Shown here: positions 39,869-52,733 of the stretch, one piece after another
Numbering within the stretch: position 1 is the stretch's first letter
How the letters are laid out: each line of letters begins with the position of its first letter
From: Amphiscolops sp. MND2022
Taxonomy: Eukaryota
DNA length: 64,000 bases
Assembly (NCBI GenBank): GCA_964187785.1
Contig: OZ076409.1
Coordinates: forward strand, 70,806,001-70,870,000
Direction of reading: 5' to 3'
Position numbers and translations under genes: made by a program
The notes under the pieces: model-generated
Seen by the model: only the letters and a program-made list of their open reading frames with translations
Database searches by the model: none
Told to the model about the DNA's origin: nothing

Positions 39869-41157
39869 GTGCCGGTGTCTTTTTACACAATGGGGGAAGT
39901 TGCGCGGTTGGGGAGGGTCCCTGACGCGCTTCCGTGAGATCAGGTTTTTCAACTAGTGAAATCGACAAAGAAAATTGAGATCTCGTAAACTAGCCATACG
40001 ATTTGGCTGAAATTTGGCACACGTACCCCCCTCGGCACGGTGAAGATGATTTCCTACTGACGTTTTTCCCGCTAAACATTTTTTGTTGACCAAAATAACG
40101 GTTTTTGGGGTAAAATTTTCAACTTTTTTTAAATTTCATCTCATATCTCGCCACGGATGCACGCTAGCGCTTCCAAACTTTGCTGATGAAAGTTTGCAAA
40201 CTGTCTCAGGAATGCTGTGTGAAAATTTCAGCTCAATCGGACTTAAACTCGAGGAGATATAGCGTTTTTCCGGAGCGGGGGGGTTTCATTTTTCTAACGG
40301 TCCAGCTTATCTTTGCCATTTTTTCGAAAATGCACTCGCCTAAAGGCCTCCCCTGGCCGGTTTTATTCCCAGCAAAACCATTTGGCCCTAAATACGGAGT
40401 TTCAGCGTTCCAGCATTCTCGGGCGAAAAGTTGTGGGACTTAGAAAATTTCAAAAATTTTCAAAAAAATTTTTTTCCGTTATTTGGGCCCCCAAAGTGGG
40501 GGAAAAGACCCCCCAACCAGTAAATCAAGTGAATGCATGTGGAAAGGCCATGTTTAGAGGAGAAAAATGCCGTTTAGAACGTCTTTTTATCTTGGCTCAA
40601 CGTTGACTTATGACGTTTTGAAGGTGATGTTTGGAGGTGTAAAGCAAGTGAATAGTAAACGTTATGAGTATTTATCTGATCTGAAAGCCATTGAGATGCA
40701 ATATGATTGCTCAAAACGTAATTCATTGCAGTTTGGCAATCAATCAACACCCTTTGTTGTCGTTTGACATACTTTTTTGTTGTTAAAATAAAAAATTTTG
40801 TGTATTTATTCATTTTTTTCTCATCAAATAACTTGGAACAGTTGAGTACATTCCATCCCCCCCTTCCGGGGGAGATGGGAATGTACTCGCAAAAAGCACC
40901 GAACTACGACCCTTACCTTCCCGAGCTACGCAGTATAAGGATTACATATTGGTTCCGACATTTTCATAGAGTTATATCTTGGTAATCTGTCTGGATATGC
41001 CGAAAAATCAGCACGTGCCTTTTAATACCAAGTTGCTTACAACGACAATTATTTTATATCAACGCCCCCATATTTATCAACGCCCCCCGTCCGTGGGCAT
41101 GCCGAGGCATGCCCTTCGACGACGTATACCAAGATATGCGTTAACGCGTTAGCCTAG
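39869..41157 (+). mobile_element. 1.3-kb-class unit, C head (1289 bp)
   Basis: Near-identical to 16642-17931 except the tail. Confidence 0.6.
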
Positions 41158-43346
41158 GTGGAGGTTATTTTATAATAATTAAAGTGTTTTTTTCCGGAGT
41201 TTGTGGCTTTGGAAAAAACAAAAGGCGAGAAATTGGGCACTCCGGGCTGAACCGTATACACTCAAAATTCGCCCAATATTTATACGATCTCGAAACCCAG
41301 CCGTACGATTTGGCTGAAAATTTGCATGCGGCTAAAAAATCAGATTCTAAGAACTATTTCCTGCTGACATTTTTTTGAAATTTTTGTGTACGTTTCCCCC
41401 CCGCCCCCTAAAGGGGTCAATTTTCCCCAATTTTGCACTTATGAGTCAATTTCTCAAAACTGGTGTATCTGAGCGTCTTCCCGGCGGGGACAACTTTTAA
41501 CAAGCGCTCTTCAGTAGACCTTTTGGACTTTTTACTTTGGTAGTACGTTCACCCCCCAAGGAGGAAATGGCGTTTTTGTGACTTCCGGTGGAGACTTTTT
41601 TCACCCAAAAAATAGAAATAAGCCAGTTTTGAGCAGGAAGGAGTGGATTTAAAGTGTCTGTACCCTGCTAAAAATTTGTTGGGCTTGTAGCGATATATCT
41701 CATACCAAGTCTGGTTTTCACCCCCAAACCCCCCTTGAGACCAAAATTCACCCAAATTGTTTTACCTCTGTTTGTAGTTTTTTTGCAAAATGTCGTCATT
41801 TCCATGGGTAAGGCGTTGAATTAGGGACTCCTAATAGGGTACCAATGTTCAAGTACACTTGCAGTGCAACTGAGTGACCCTTTTGGGGCCTCTCCTGTGT
41901 TCGGCAAGGACCGGAAGTGGTGTAAACCCCCCTTTTTTGACGTTTGTTGATCTTGAGACTCGCGCTTAGATGACGTTTATGTCGCGCAAATCCTACAAAC
42001 CAGTATTAGGATGACATGCTAGCCAACTAGAGAGCACTAAGGGAAACTATACTATACCGGAAGTAACCCCCCGTGACCGGAAGTTGTCATTTTTGACCGG
42101 AAATGGTCCAAAACATAGCGTAAAAGCAGTTTTTCATTGCTTTTAAAGTCAACTTATTACTTTTTTCACTCTGCGCGAGCGTGCCTTCAGGTTCGTTAGT
42201 GTTGCCCGTGCACACTGCAACAAATGTACATCTGTAAAATTTTCGCTATAATATCGTCGGAGAGAGAAATAACGGGTTTTTGGGATTTTTTTCAAAAATA
42301 TTAGTCTTTATCTGTCATTTTTACCCAACGTTATTGAACAGTAGAACCACAGGGGTTAGTCTCTGCCCGATTATATGCCTAACAAAAGCATTTGTCCCAT
42401 TGGTTGCAGTTTGAGCGTTCTAGCTTTGCCTGGTCACAAGTTAGGAGACTTGAAAAACTTTCAAAAACATTTCCGAAATTTTTTTCTAAACGTCACGTCT
42501 CCCAAAGTTAAGAAACTTCCTCACAACTAGGACTGCAAGTGAATGCATGTGGTAAGGCCTATAAATGGAAAGAAAAACTCCGTTTAGATTGTCTCTTTAT
42601 CGTAACGTGACGTTAAGAGATGTTACTTTGAATGTGAGTTTGATAATGCGTCGAGAAGTAAAAGTGTGTAAATGGAACCTTTGTCTCGATAAATACCCAT
42701 CGCAATACATGCGATGAACCCCAATTACCCTCAGTTTCAGTTGCTTAGTACATCAACGTCTTCCAAGGACCTTTTATCTACTTTGAAAAGTGTCGAAATC
42801 ATTATTAATATCAGTTATCAAGAAACACTTGAGTACATTCTCATCTCTCCCCATCGGGTGAGATGAGAATGTTTTTGCTAAAAGTCAGGTACTACGGCCC
42901 CCTTTTGTTTTAATACGATGCATTCTCTGCTTTAGCACACAAATATTTTATTTCGCCTGATTGTGTGTATACTCTCTGACTTGTTGTTATAAATCTCCCG
43001 TCATTACTTTACATAAATATACACAAAAAATCATTATTGTCAACGCCACATACATTTAGACGCCCACCATTCCGTAGGTATGTCGAGGCATACCTTTCGA
43101 TTACGTATGTCAAAACGCAAACGAGATAAAACCTGCTGAAAGTCTGAAACAGTGACAAACAATTTTGACTATTTGACATATGGTAGGTTTTAATATGGGA
43201 GTTACACATCACTGGCATTTCCCATCATTCCAGCTGACGTCCACATACCAACATCAACGCCCACCGTCCGTGGGCATGCCGAGGCATGCCCTTCGACGAC
43301 GTATGCCAACTTCTGTATATCTACACTCAATTGCGGTAGCGGCTAG
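41158..43346 (+). mobile_element. Family G1 unit (2189 bp)
   Basis: Head GTGGAGGTTAT; homologous to the units at 54904 and 57089. Confidence 0.6.
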
Positions 43347-45717
43347 GTGGTCGGGGTGTGTTTCCCAGCCAATTTTGCCGCGCGGGGAGGGACCCGTTCA
43401 GCGGCCCAGGTAATTAAGATTTTGTCATTAAAAAAATGACCCATCCGGAAAGCGATTTCGAAACCCACCCGTAGGATCCCTCTGAATTTTTGCATGCACC
43501 TCCGTATAACAGATGTAAGATAAAGTCAGCAAGGGCGTTTTCAGTTCTAAACGGGGAATGTTGACCAAAAAGCGCAATTTATGTCCGAAAAAATGCAATT
43601 TTTCGACTTTTTTATTTTTGACGGCCAACAGCTTTTTTCCAGATGCCCGCCCAAGTCATAAACCGGAGTAAGCTTTTGTTGGGCACTTCGTGAAGAATCT
43701 TTAGGGTGATTTTCGTTTCATTCCTATTTCCTGACGTTGACTTATGGTTGGGTGAAAAAACGCAACATTTGTTACAAAAAGTGCTTTTGGTACTCAAGGG
43801 CCCATAACTCGTGACATAATCAATTGAGCAAGTTCGTGTATCCTTACGATTTTGTTGCCTATCTATAGGAGAACAAACAAGCGGAAACTAAAATTTCTGT
43901 GGGAAATCGTCAAAAAAAGATATCACAGGTTTTATACTCAATAAAACAGTGTTTTTCGGTTACCGTGGAAAAAATGTAAAATGGTGGCATTTTTCGGCTG
44001 TTTAAGGTAGCGGGTATTTTATTGCAGTTAATAACTCACATCTAGTAGTCATTTACTTGGTTGATTTTCAGTTTTGATAAATTGCTTGATAGACTTCATT
44101 TTTTGCGTCACCAATATTGACACCCACAACTACAGTCAATTTTTTCGCGATCACGTTTTTGAGTGGATATAACTTTTTTCCAGTGCGTTTTACGGTCCTC
44201 ACACAGGAGTGCAAAATTGTTGGCCGTCTTAAGCAGAAAATATATGGTAAGTTTGAAGTCATTTGAAACGTTTTTGAAATGTCCAGAGATGCACAAATTT
44301 ACAGTTTTTTTGCCCACAAAACACTATTTTACGAAACCCAACACTTTTTGCCAAAAAAGTCAAACTTTGTCCACACAACTTAGATTGCAAGTGAATGCAT
44401 GCGGAGAGTACTTGAAATGATGGGAAAAATGAGCTATAGAACGCTCATTTACGACAACCTGACGTGGACTTAGGATAATTTGAAAAAGTACGAAAAAAAA
44501 AGAACAACGGTTCCAAAACAATCAGTTTGTAGTAAATGGCCAATAACTCCATACACAACCCTCCGCGCAAGCTAGTGTCCAAGTACGTTTTTGTTACCCG
44601 TGAACAGTGCAACAAATAAGTAAAAGTAAAACTTTATGTAGAGAATCGTCGGAGAAAGAAATAACGGGATTTTTTATCACATTTAAGAGACAAAATTGAA
44701 AAATTAGTCTATTCCTGGCATTTTACCTAAACTTTTTCGACAGTACACATACAGGAGGTAAAATTCGCCCAATATCATGCCTAACAAAACTATTTGATCC
44801 ATGGGCCGCAATTTGAGCGTTCCACCTTTCCCCAGTCATAAATTATGGGAGTTCAAAAATTTTCAAAATTTCCATTTTTCAACAAAATTTCAAATTCAGG
44901 CCCCCCAAAGGTAAGAAAGTTCCACACAACTAGGATTGCAAGTGGTTGCATGTGGAAAGTACTTGAACTGACGAGAAAAATGGGCTTTAGAACGTCTCTT
45001 TATCGTAACCTGACGTTGACTTATGATGTTTTGAATGTGAGATTGCTACGGGGTCGAGAAGTGTAAGTGGAACATATGTCTCGTCGAAAACTCAGCGGAA
45101 TACATCCAATGTACCCCAATCATCCTCAATTGCAGTTTCCTAGTGCAACAACGTCTGTCAAGGACCTTTTTTGATAAGAGTCGAAATTATTATTAAATTC
45201 AGTTAGCAAGAAACACTTGAGTACATTCTCATCTCTCCCCGTCGGGGGAGATGAGAATGTACTTGCTTAAACGGTCTTTTTGTTTCCATGCGAGGCATTC
45301 TGTGCTTTGGCACATAAATAACTCTGTTTCGTCTGACTTTGACTTAAACGTTGTCTCATTAAATTTCCCGTCATTACTTCACGTAACATAAACATTCTAC
45401 CATTCACCTTTAACTTCAAAGCCACATGAATTTAGACTCCTATCGTCGAAAAACATACCGCGGCATCTTTTTCGATGACGTATGCCGAAACACAAATGTG
45501 AAAAAAAGTGATGAGATTCAGAAACAGTGACAAACATTTTTTACTATTTGACATAAGGTAGGTTTTTATATGGAACTTACACATCACTGATATTTAATAA
45601 CAATCCAGCTGACGAACACATACCAACATCACCGCCCACCGTCCGTAGGCATGCCGAGGCATGCCTTTCGACGACGTATGCCTAATCCATTCCTCCGACG
45701 CCCCCTCCTTCCCCTAG
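43347..45717 (+). mobile_element. Family F unit (2371 bp)
   Basis: Head GTGGTCGGGG; homologous to the units at 45718, 59274, 61651. Confidence 0.6.
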
Positions 45718-48089
45718 GTGGTCGGGGTGTTTCCCAGCCGATTTTGCCGCGCGGGGAGGGACCCGTTCAGCGGCCCTGGTAATTCTCAAAAATGTACCGA
45801 AGGAAATGATAACGAGGAAAGCGATTTCGAAACCCACCCGTAGGATCCCTCTAATTTTTTGCATACACCTCCGTATAACAGTTGTAAGAAAAAGTCAGCA
45901 AGGACGTTTTTAATTCTAAATGGGGAATGTTGACCAAAAAGCGCAATTTATGTCCGAAAAAATGCAATTTTTCGACTTTTTTATTTTTGACGGCCTACAG
46001 CTCTTTTCCAGAGTCCCGCCCAAGTCATAAACCGGAGAGAACTTTTGTTGGGCACTTCGTGAAGAATCTTTAGGGGGATTTTCGTTTCAATTCTATTTCC
46101 TGACGTTGACTTATGGTTGGGTGAAAAAAACGCAACATTTGTTACAAAAAGTGCTTTTGGTACTCAAGGGCCCATAACTCGTGACATAATCAATTGAGCA
46201 AGTTCGTGTATTCCTACAAATTTGTTGCCTATCTATAGGAGAACAAACAAGCAGAAACAAAATTTTCTGTGGGAAATCGTCAAAAAAAGATATCACAGGT
46301 TTTATACTCAATAAAACAGTGTTTTTCAGTTATCGTGGAAAAAATGTAAAATGGTGGCATTTTTCGGCTGTTTAAGGTAGCGGGTATTTTATTGCAGTTA
46401 TTAACTCACCTCTAGTAGTCATTTACTTGGATGATTCTCACATTTGACAAATTGCATTATAAACTTCATTTTTCGCGTCACCAATTTTGACACCCACGAT
46501 TACAGTCACTTTTTTCGCGTTCACGTTTTTGAGTGGTTATAACTTTTTTCCAGTGCGTTTTACGGTCTTCATCCAGGAGCACAAAATTGTTGGCCGTCTT
46601 AAGCAGAAAATACATGGTAAGTTTAGAGTCATTTGAAACGTTTTTGAAATGTCCAGAGATGCACAAATTTACAGTTTTTTTGCCCACAAAACATTATTTT
46701 ACGAAACCCAACACTCTTTGCCAAAAAAGTCAAACTTCGTCCACACAACTTAGATTGCAAGTGGATGCATGCGAAGAGTACTTGAAATGATGAGAAAAAT
46801 GAGCTATAGAACGCTCATTTACGACAACCTGACGTGGACTTAGGATAATTTGAAAAATTACGAAAATAAAGAACAACGGTTCCAAAACAATCAGTTTGTA
46901 GTAAATGGCCAATAACTCCATACACAACCCTCCGCGCAAGCTAGTGTCCAAGTACGTTTTTGTTACCCGTGAACAGTGCAACAAATAAGTAAAAGTAAAA
47001 TTTTATGTAGAATTTCGTCAGTGGAAATAATAACGTGATTTTATGTCACATTTGAGTGACAAAATTGAAAAATTAGTCTATTCCGGGCATTTTACCTAAA
47101 TTTTTTCGACAGTACACATACAGGGGGTAAAATTGGCCAAATATCATGCCTAACAAAACTATTTGATCCACTGGCCGCAATTTGAGCGTTCCACCTTTCC
47201 CCGGTTATAAATTATGAAACTTCAAAAATTTTCAAAATTTTCTTTTTTCAACAAAATTTCAACTTCAGGCCTCCCAAAGGTAAGAAAGTTCCACACAACT
47301 AGGATTGCAAGTGGATGCATGTGAAAAGTACTCGAATACACAAGAAAAATGGGCTTTAGAACATCTCTCTATCGTAACTTGACGTTGACTTATGATGTTT
47401 TGAATGTGAGATTGCTACGGGCTCGAGAAGTGTAAGTGGAACATATGTCTCGTTGAAAACTCATCAGAATACATCCAATGAACCCCAATCACCCTCAATT
47501 GCAGTTTCCTAGTGCAACAACGTCTTTCATAGACCGTTTTTGTTAAGAGTCGAAATCATTAGTAACTTCAGTTAGCAAGAAACACTTGAGTACATTCTCA
47601 TCTCTCCCCATCGGGGGAGATGAGAATGTACTTGCTAAAACGGTCTCCTTTGTTTTCATGCGAGGCATTCTGTGCTTTGGCACATAAATACCTTTGTTTC
47701 GTCTGACGTTTTGGATAAATGGTGACTTTTCATTGAATTTCCCGTCACTACTTTACGTAACATAATTTTTCTACCATTCACCTTTAACTTCAAAGCCACA
47801 AAAATTTAGACTCCTATCGTCGATAAACATACCGTGGCATGTTTTCGACGACGTATGCCGAAACACAAACGCAAACAACAGTGCTGAATGTCAGAAACAG
47901 TGACAAACAATATTGACTATTTGACATAAGGTAGGTTTTTATATGGAACTCACACATCACTGATATTTAACAACAATCCAGCTGACGCACACAATGCAAC
48001 ATCAACGCCCATCGTCCGTGGGCATGCCGAGGCATGCCCTTCGACGACGTATGGCTAATCCACTCCCCGACTTCCCCTCCTACCTCTAG
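45718..48089 (+). mobile_element. Family F unit (2372 bp)
   Basis: Homologous to 43347-45717. Confidence 0.6.
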
Positions 48090-50275
48090 GTGGAGGTTAT
48101 TATATATCAATTAAAGTGTTTTTTTCCGGAGTTTGTGGCTTTGGAAAAAACAAAAGGCGACAAATTGGGCACTCCAGGCTGAACCGTAAAGGCCGATTTT
48201 ATACTGTAAAAAACGCCCATTCTAATTACGATCTCGAAACCCAGCCGTACGATTTGGCTGAAAATTTGCATGTGGCTCCTAATCAATAAGTAATGAAAAA
48301 GTGTAGGAGTGACTTTTCCTGAAAAAACTTTTTTTGTTGCACTTTTTGCGCAATTTTTGGCCGATTGTTGCGTTTTTTATGTCACTTTCGTCTTTTCAGG
48401 CAAAAAACTCAGGGATGCTTTGATCCTAGCGCATCAAGTGTTTCGACCAAAAAGTTGCAGCATGTTCTTTTACGTATGCTGAGAAAATTTGGTTCCCATC
48501 GTATTACCCCCCACTGAGATAGAGGGGGACTTCCGGTGAATTTTAGCACCCTAAAAACGAGGACTTCCTAAATTTCAGCATGAAGCGGTAGTTTTAGCGT
48601 GCTCATACCCTGCTGAAGTTTTGTTGGGCATATTGAGATAGTCATGATATCATGTGTTCAGTTCACCCCCCATCACCCCCTGGACCGGAAATGAACTTTT
48701 TTGTGCACTATCATACCGGAAGTCTCCAATTTCACCGTTAGGCGGTCCTTGTACGAGCAACCACCAGGACATCAAAAGTGAAGTACCACCTGAGGTCAAT
48801 GCAGTGACTACGTGTTGTCCAGTCATAGGTTCCGCTTTGACCGGAAATGGAGTCAAAACTCCCTTTTTTGTTGTTTTTTAACAATTTGACTAGTGTTTGT
48901 CCACTTTCAAGTCGCGTAAGTCAATTTAACCAGTGTGAGCATAAACTGTGTGTTCACTGCGTAGACGTAACTGACTTTGACAGATACCGGAAGTAACCCC
49001 CCGTGACCGGAAGTTGTCATTTTTGACCGGAAATGGTCCAAAAACAGCGTAAAATCAAATTTCAGTGCTTTTTAAAGTTAACTTATTACTTTTTAAATCA
49101 GCGCGAGCTTGTATTCAGGTTCGTTTTTGTTACCAGTTTATTTTGCAACAAATATAAATCTGTAAAGTTTTCTCTATAATATCGTCGGATAGAGAAATAA
49201 CGTGTTTTTGGGACTTGTTTCAAAAATATTAGACTCTATCTGTCATTTTTACCCAAAGTTATTCAACAGTACAACCACAGTGGTTAGTCTCTGCCAAAAT
49301 ATATGCCTAGCAAAACTATTTGGCCCATTGGCCTCAGTTTGAGCTTTCCAGCTTTGCGTGGTCATAAGCTAAGGGACTTGAAAAATTTTCAAACTTTTTT
49401 AAAAAAAAATTTCTCACATTCATGTCTCCCAAATTAAAGAAACTTCCACACAACTACGATTGCAAGTGGATGCGTGTGGCAAGCCCTATAATTGAAGCGA
49501 AAAATGCCGCTTAGAACGTCTCTTTATCGTAACTTGACGTTAACGTATGGTGCTTTGAATGAGAGCTTGATAATAGATCGAGAAGTCAAAGTGTGTAAAT
49601 GGTACGTATGTCTCGTCGAAAACTCATCGGAAAACATGCAATGAACCCCCAATTGTCCTCAATTGCAGTTGCCTACTGCAACAACGTCTTTCAGGGACAT
49701 TTTACCCATTTTTATAAGTGTCAAAATTATATTTAAATTCAGTTAGCATGAAACACTTGAGTACATTCTCATCTCTCCCCATCGGGTGAGATGAGAATGT
49801 TCTTGCTAAAAGCCAGATACTACGGCCCAATTTTGTTTTATTGCGACGTATTCTGTGCTTTAGCACATAGATACTTTTATGTCGTCTCACTTTTTGTAAA
49901 CACTCTGAGTTGTTGTTATAAATTTCTCGTCATTTCTTTACATGAACTTACAACCATAAAACGTTATCATCAACGCCACATACATTTAGACGCCCACCAT
50001 TCCGTAGGTATGTCGAGGCATACCTGTCGAGTACGTATGTCAAAACGCAAACGCGATAAAATGTGCTGAAATTCTGAAACAGTGAAACATTTTTGACTAT
50101 TTGACATATGGTAGGTTTTTAAATGGAACTTACACATCACTGACATTCCACAACAAACCAGCTGACGCCCACATACCAACATCAACGCCCACCGTCCGTG
50201 GGCATGCCGAGGCATGCCCTTCGACGACGTATGGCAATTCCCTTTATATCTACACCCAATTGCGGTAGCAGCTAG
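48090..50275 (+). mobile_element. Family G2 unit (2186 bp)
   Basis: G head with alternative body; homologous to 52734-54903. Confidence 0.6.
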
Positions 50276-51345
50276 GTGGTCAAGGGGGATGCCCATCAGA
50301 AAATATTGCGAGGCCGGGGAGGGTCCCGAGAGCCGAGCACATTCTATCAATTCCTACCTTCAGGATTGCGAAGTATTTTAACCGATCTCGGAATTCACCC
50401 GTAGGATTTGTCTGAAACTTTGCATGTGGCTTTATCTCAAAAAATTAGGAATTTTTTTCTGCTGACGTTTTTCCAGGAAAATTCATTTTGTAGGGTTTTT
50501 TGCGTTTTTTTGGTTTTTTTTCATCTTTTTTCATCTTTGATTAATCAATGACCGAATCAAAGGCCATTTTCACCACGAAGGAAAGCCCGTAGCGGCAAAG
50601 TGCACTTTTATGAAAATCATCAACGGTCAACGGTCTTTCGAACGGTCCGAAAAAATTTCCCCCCGGGGGAAACCAAAGTGCCGAAAAGTGCCAAAATTTT
50701 TTTTTTGACTGAATCACTTTGATCAAATTGATGATTTGAGCAGCCGGAACGGTCCGCACGGTCTCGGACAATAAGGTCAAAAATTGTCAGCATCCAATGG
50801 GGGTTCCAAAAATGTAATTCGTTCACCTGTAGGAGACATCAGAAAAAAGTTGATTTTTTGGGGTATATGTCATTATGAGTGATTGGATGAGAAATAATTG
50901 TATCACTTTCAGTTGGATATGATGCAGCACAGGAAGCAGCTGCAGCAAACTTGAAACTGATTATGGGGCTGGGGTTTACCCTCTGTATCGAGCAAAATAG
51001 CCCTAGGGCATAAGTTGTGCCAAAAAATGCCTCAAAGTGATGATTTGGTTATTGCAAATCGATCAGCAAAATTTATTGTCACCGGTGTTCCGAGAGTTGC
51101 GCAGCATCTCGCAGGAACAACGGTGCTTGCTTAGAAAGCAAAGAACCACAAAATCCCTTGAGTTAAGTTGACGGCAGTCACCATAGACATTCACTCGTCA
51201 GGGTGATGATATTTATCGTTCAATCCCAGAATAACTTACAAAAAATTGCTAGCCTCAATATTTCTTTTTCATACTCCATTAGCAAAGGTTGCGCTGTTAA
51301 GTTTAGGCCTTTTACTAGCAGTGCTCTAAATCGCTCCATCGCTAG
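50276..51345 (+). mobile_element. Orphan unit X (1070 bp) lacking the GGGCATGCC terminal hairpin
   Basis: Conserved head (AGGG-loop hairpin, GATCTCG box) and CTAG|GTG end, unique body. Confidence 0.5.
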
Positions 51346-52733
51346 GTGGTTGGGGCGGTCCCCAGAACGCACAAGGAGGCGCGGGGAGGGTCCTGCGCCG
51401 ACGTAGAATAATTTCATATAATACTAGTATCCTACATGGGTGTTTTAGAGGCGATTTTGGAATCTAACCGTAGGATTTGAATAATTTTTTGCATGCGGCC
51501 ATAACTCGAAATTCTAAGAACTTTTTCCTACTGTCATTTTCCCCGCAAATTGTTTTTTGTTGACTTATGGCCGAAAAACCGGAAATAACGTCCTTTTTAG
51601 ACGTTATATCCGAAGTGTCGTCATAACTTTTTTCCAAGGCATGCTAGCGTTCTCGTTCACTTTTACACTTAGTTGCAGCATCTCAAAATACAACTGGTGG
51701 AAAATTTTGGTTGCATTCGGATCACCCCCCACCGAGATAGAAGGGTTCCCCCCTCCAGTTTTACCCCCCAAATTTGCAAAATAGCCAATTTTGAGCATGA
51801 AGCCGAGGATTTAGCGTACCCGCACCCTCCTGATGTTTTGTTGTACGTATTGGGGTCAATCTGACGACATGTGTGGTTTTCACCCCCAACCCCCCCTTGG
51901 ACCGGAAATGACACTTTTTTGTGTTTTTTGGCAGAATTTAGCCTTTTTCATTATTAGGCAGTCGTTTTAGGGACTCCTAGCAGGATATCGAAATTGAAAT
52001 ACAACCTGATCACACTCCAGTGACAACATGTTGGCCACTTGGAGGTATCATCATGACCGGAAGTGGGGTCAACCCCCCTTTTTGTGACCGCTTTTTGACC
52101 TTGTGCACCAAAATGCCAACAACTTGAGGCCTAATGACGCATTCAAATCTGTACAAAGATAGAATGTTAGACAACTGAAGTCCCGGAAGATCTTAGCATA
52201 TAGCCGGAAGTTACCCCCCATGACCGGAAGTTACCCAATGTGACCGGAAATGGTCCAAAAATTAATGAAAAGTTGAATTTTTCACTATTTCAAGAGCACT
52301 TCATTGAACATTTTCAATCGCAAAACTAGCGTATTGGCTTGTTTTGCTGAATTTATGGAAATTGATGAGCCCTATCACCCCCGATAGCCTTCGAAGTTGA
52401 CCTTGCGTCAACTTTGGAGGCTATCGATACTGAAAATGAACAACAAAGTACATTGTTGCTCTCGGTTTTTTCCCGTTGTTTTTCCTCAAACATTCTTGAG
52501 ACATTAACATGGCCGTTAGTTGAAATCAATATTTAGCCCATGTTATAGCTGGACCAGCGAAGCGTTACACAGACTAGTGTGGTTTTGAAATTACATTATT
52601 TAAATTAACAACAGATCGTTTTAGTCAACTCCACACATTCATACCAACGCCCACCGTCTGTGGGCATGCCGAGGCATGCCCTTCGACGACGTATGACGAA
52701 TCCACTCCAACGACACCCGCAGTCCTCAGCTAG
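51346..52733 (+). mobile_element. Orphan unit Y (1388 bp): G-like body, A-like 3' end
   Basis: Left hairpin 51378-51399; GATAGCC hairpin 52382-52426; terminal hairpin and CTAG. Confidence 0.55.
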
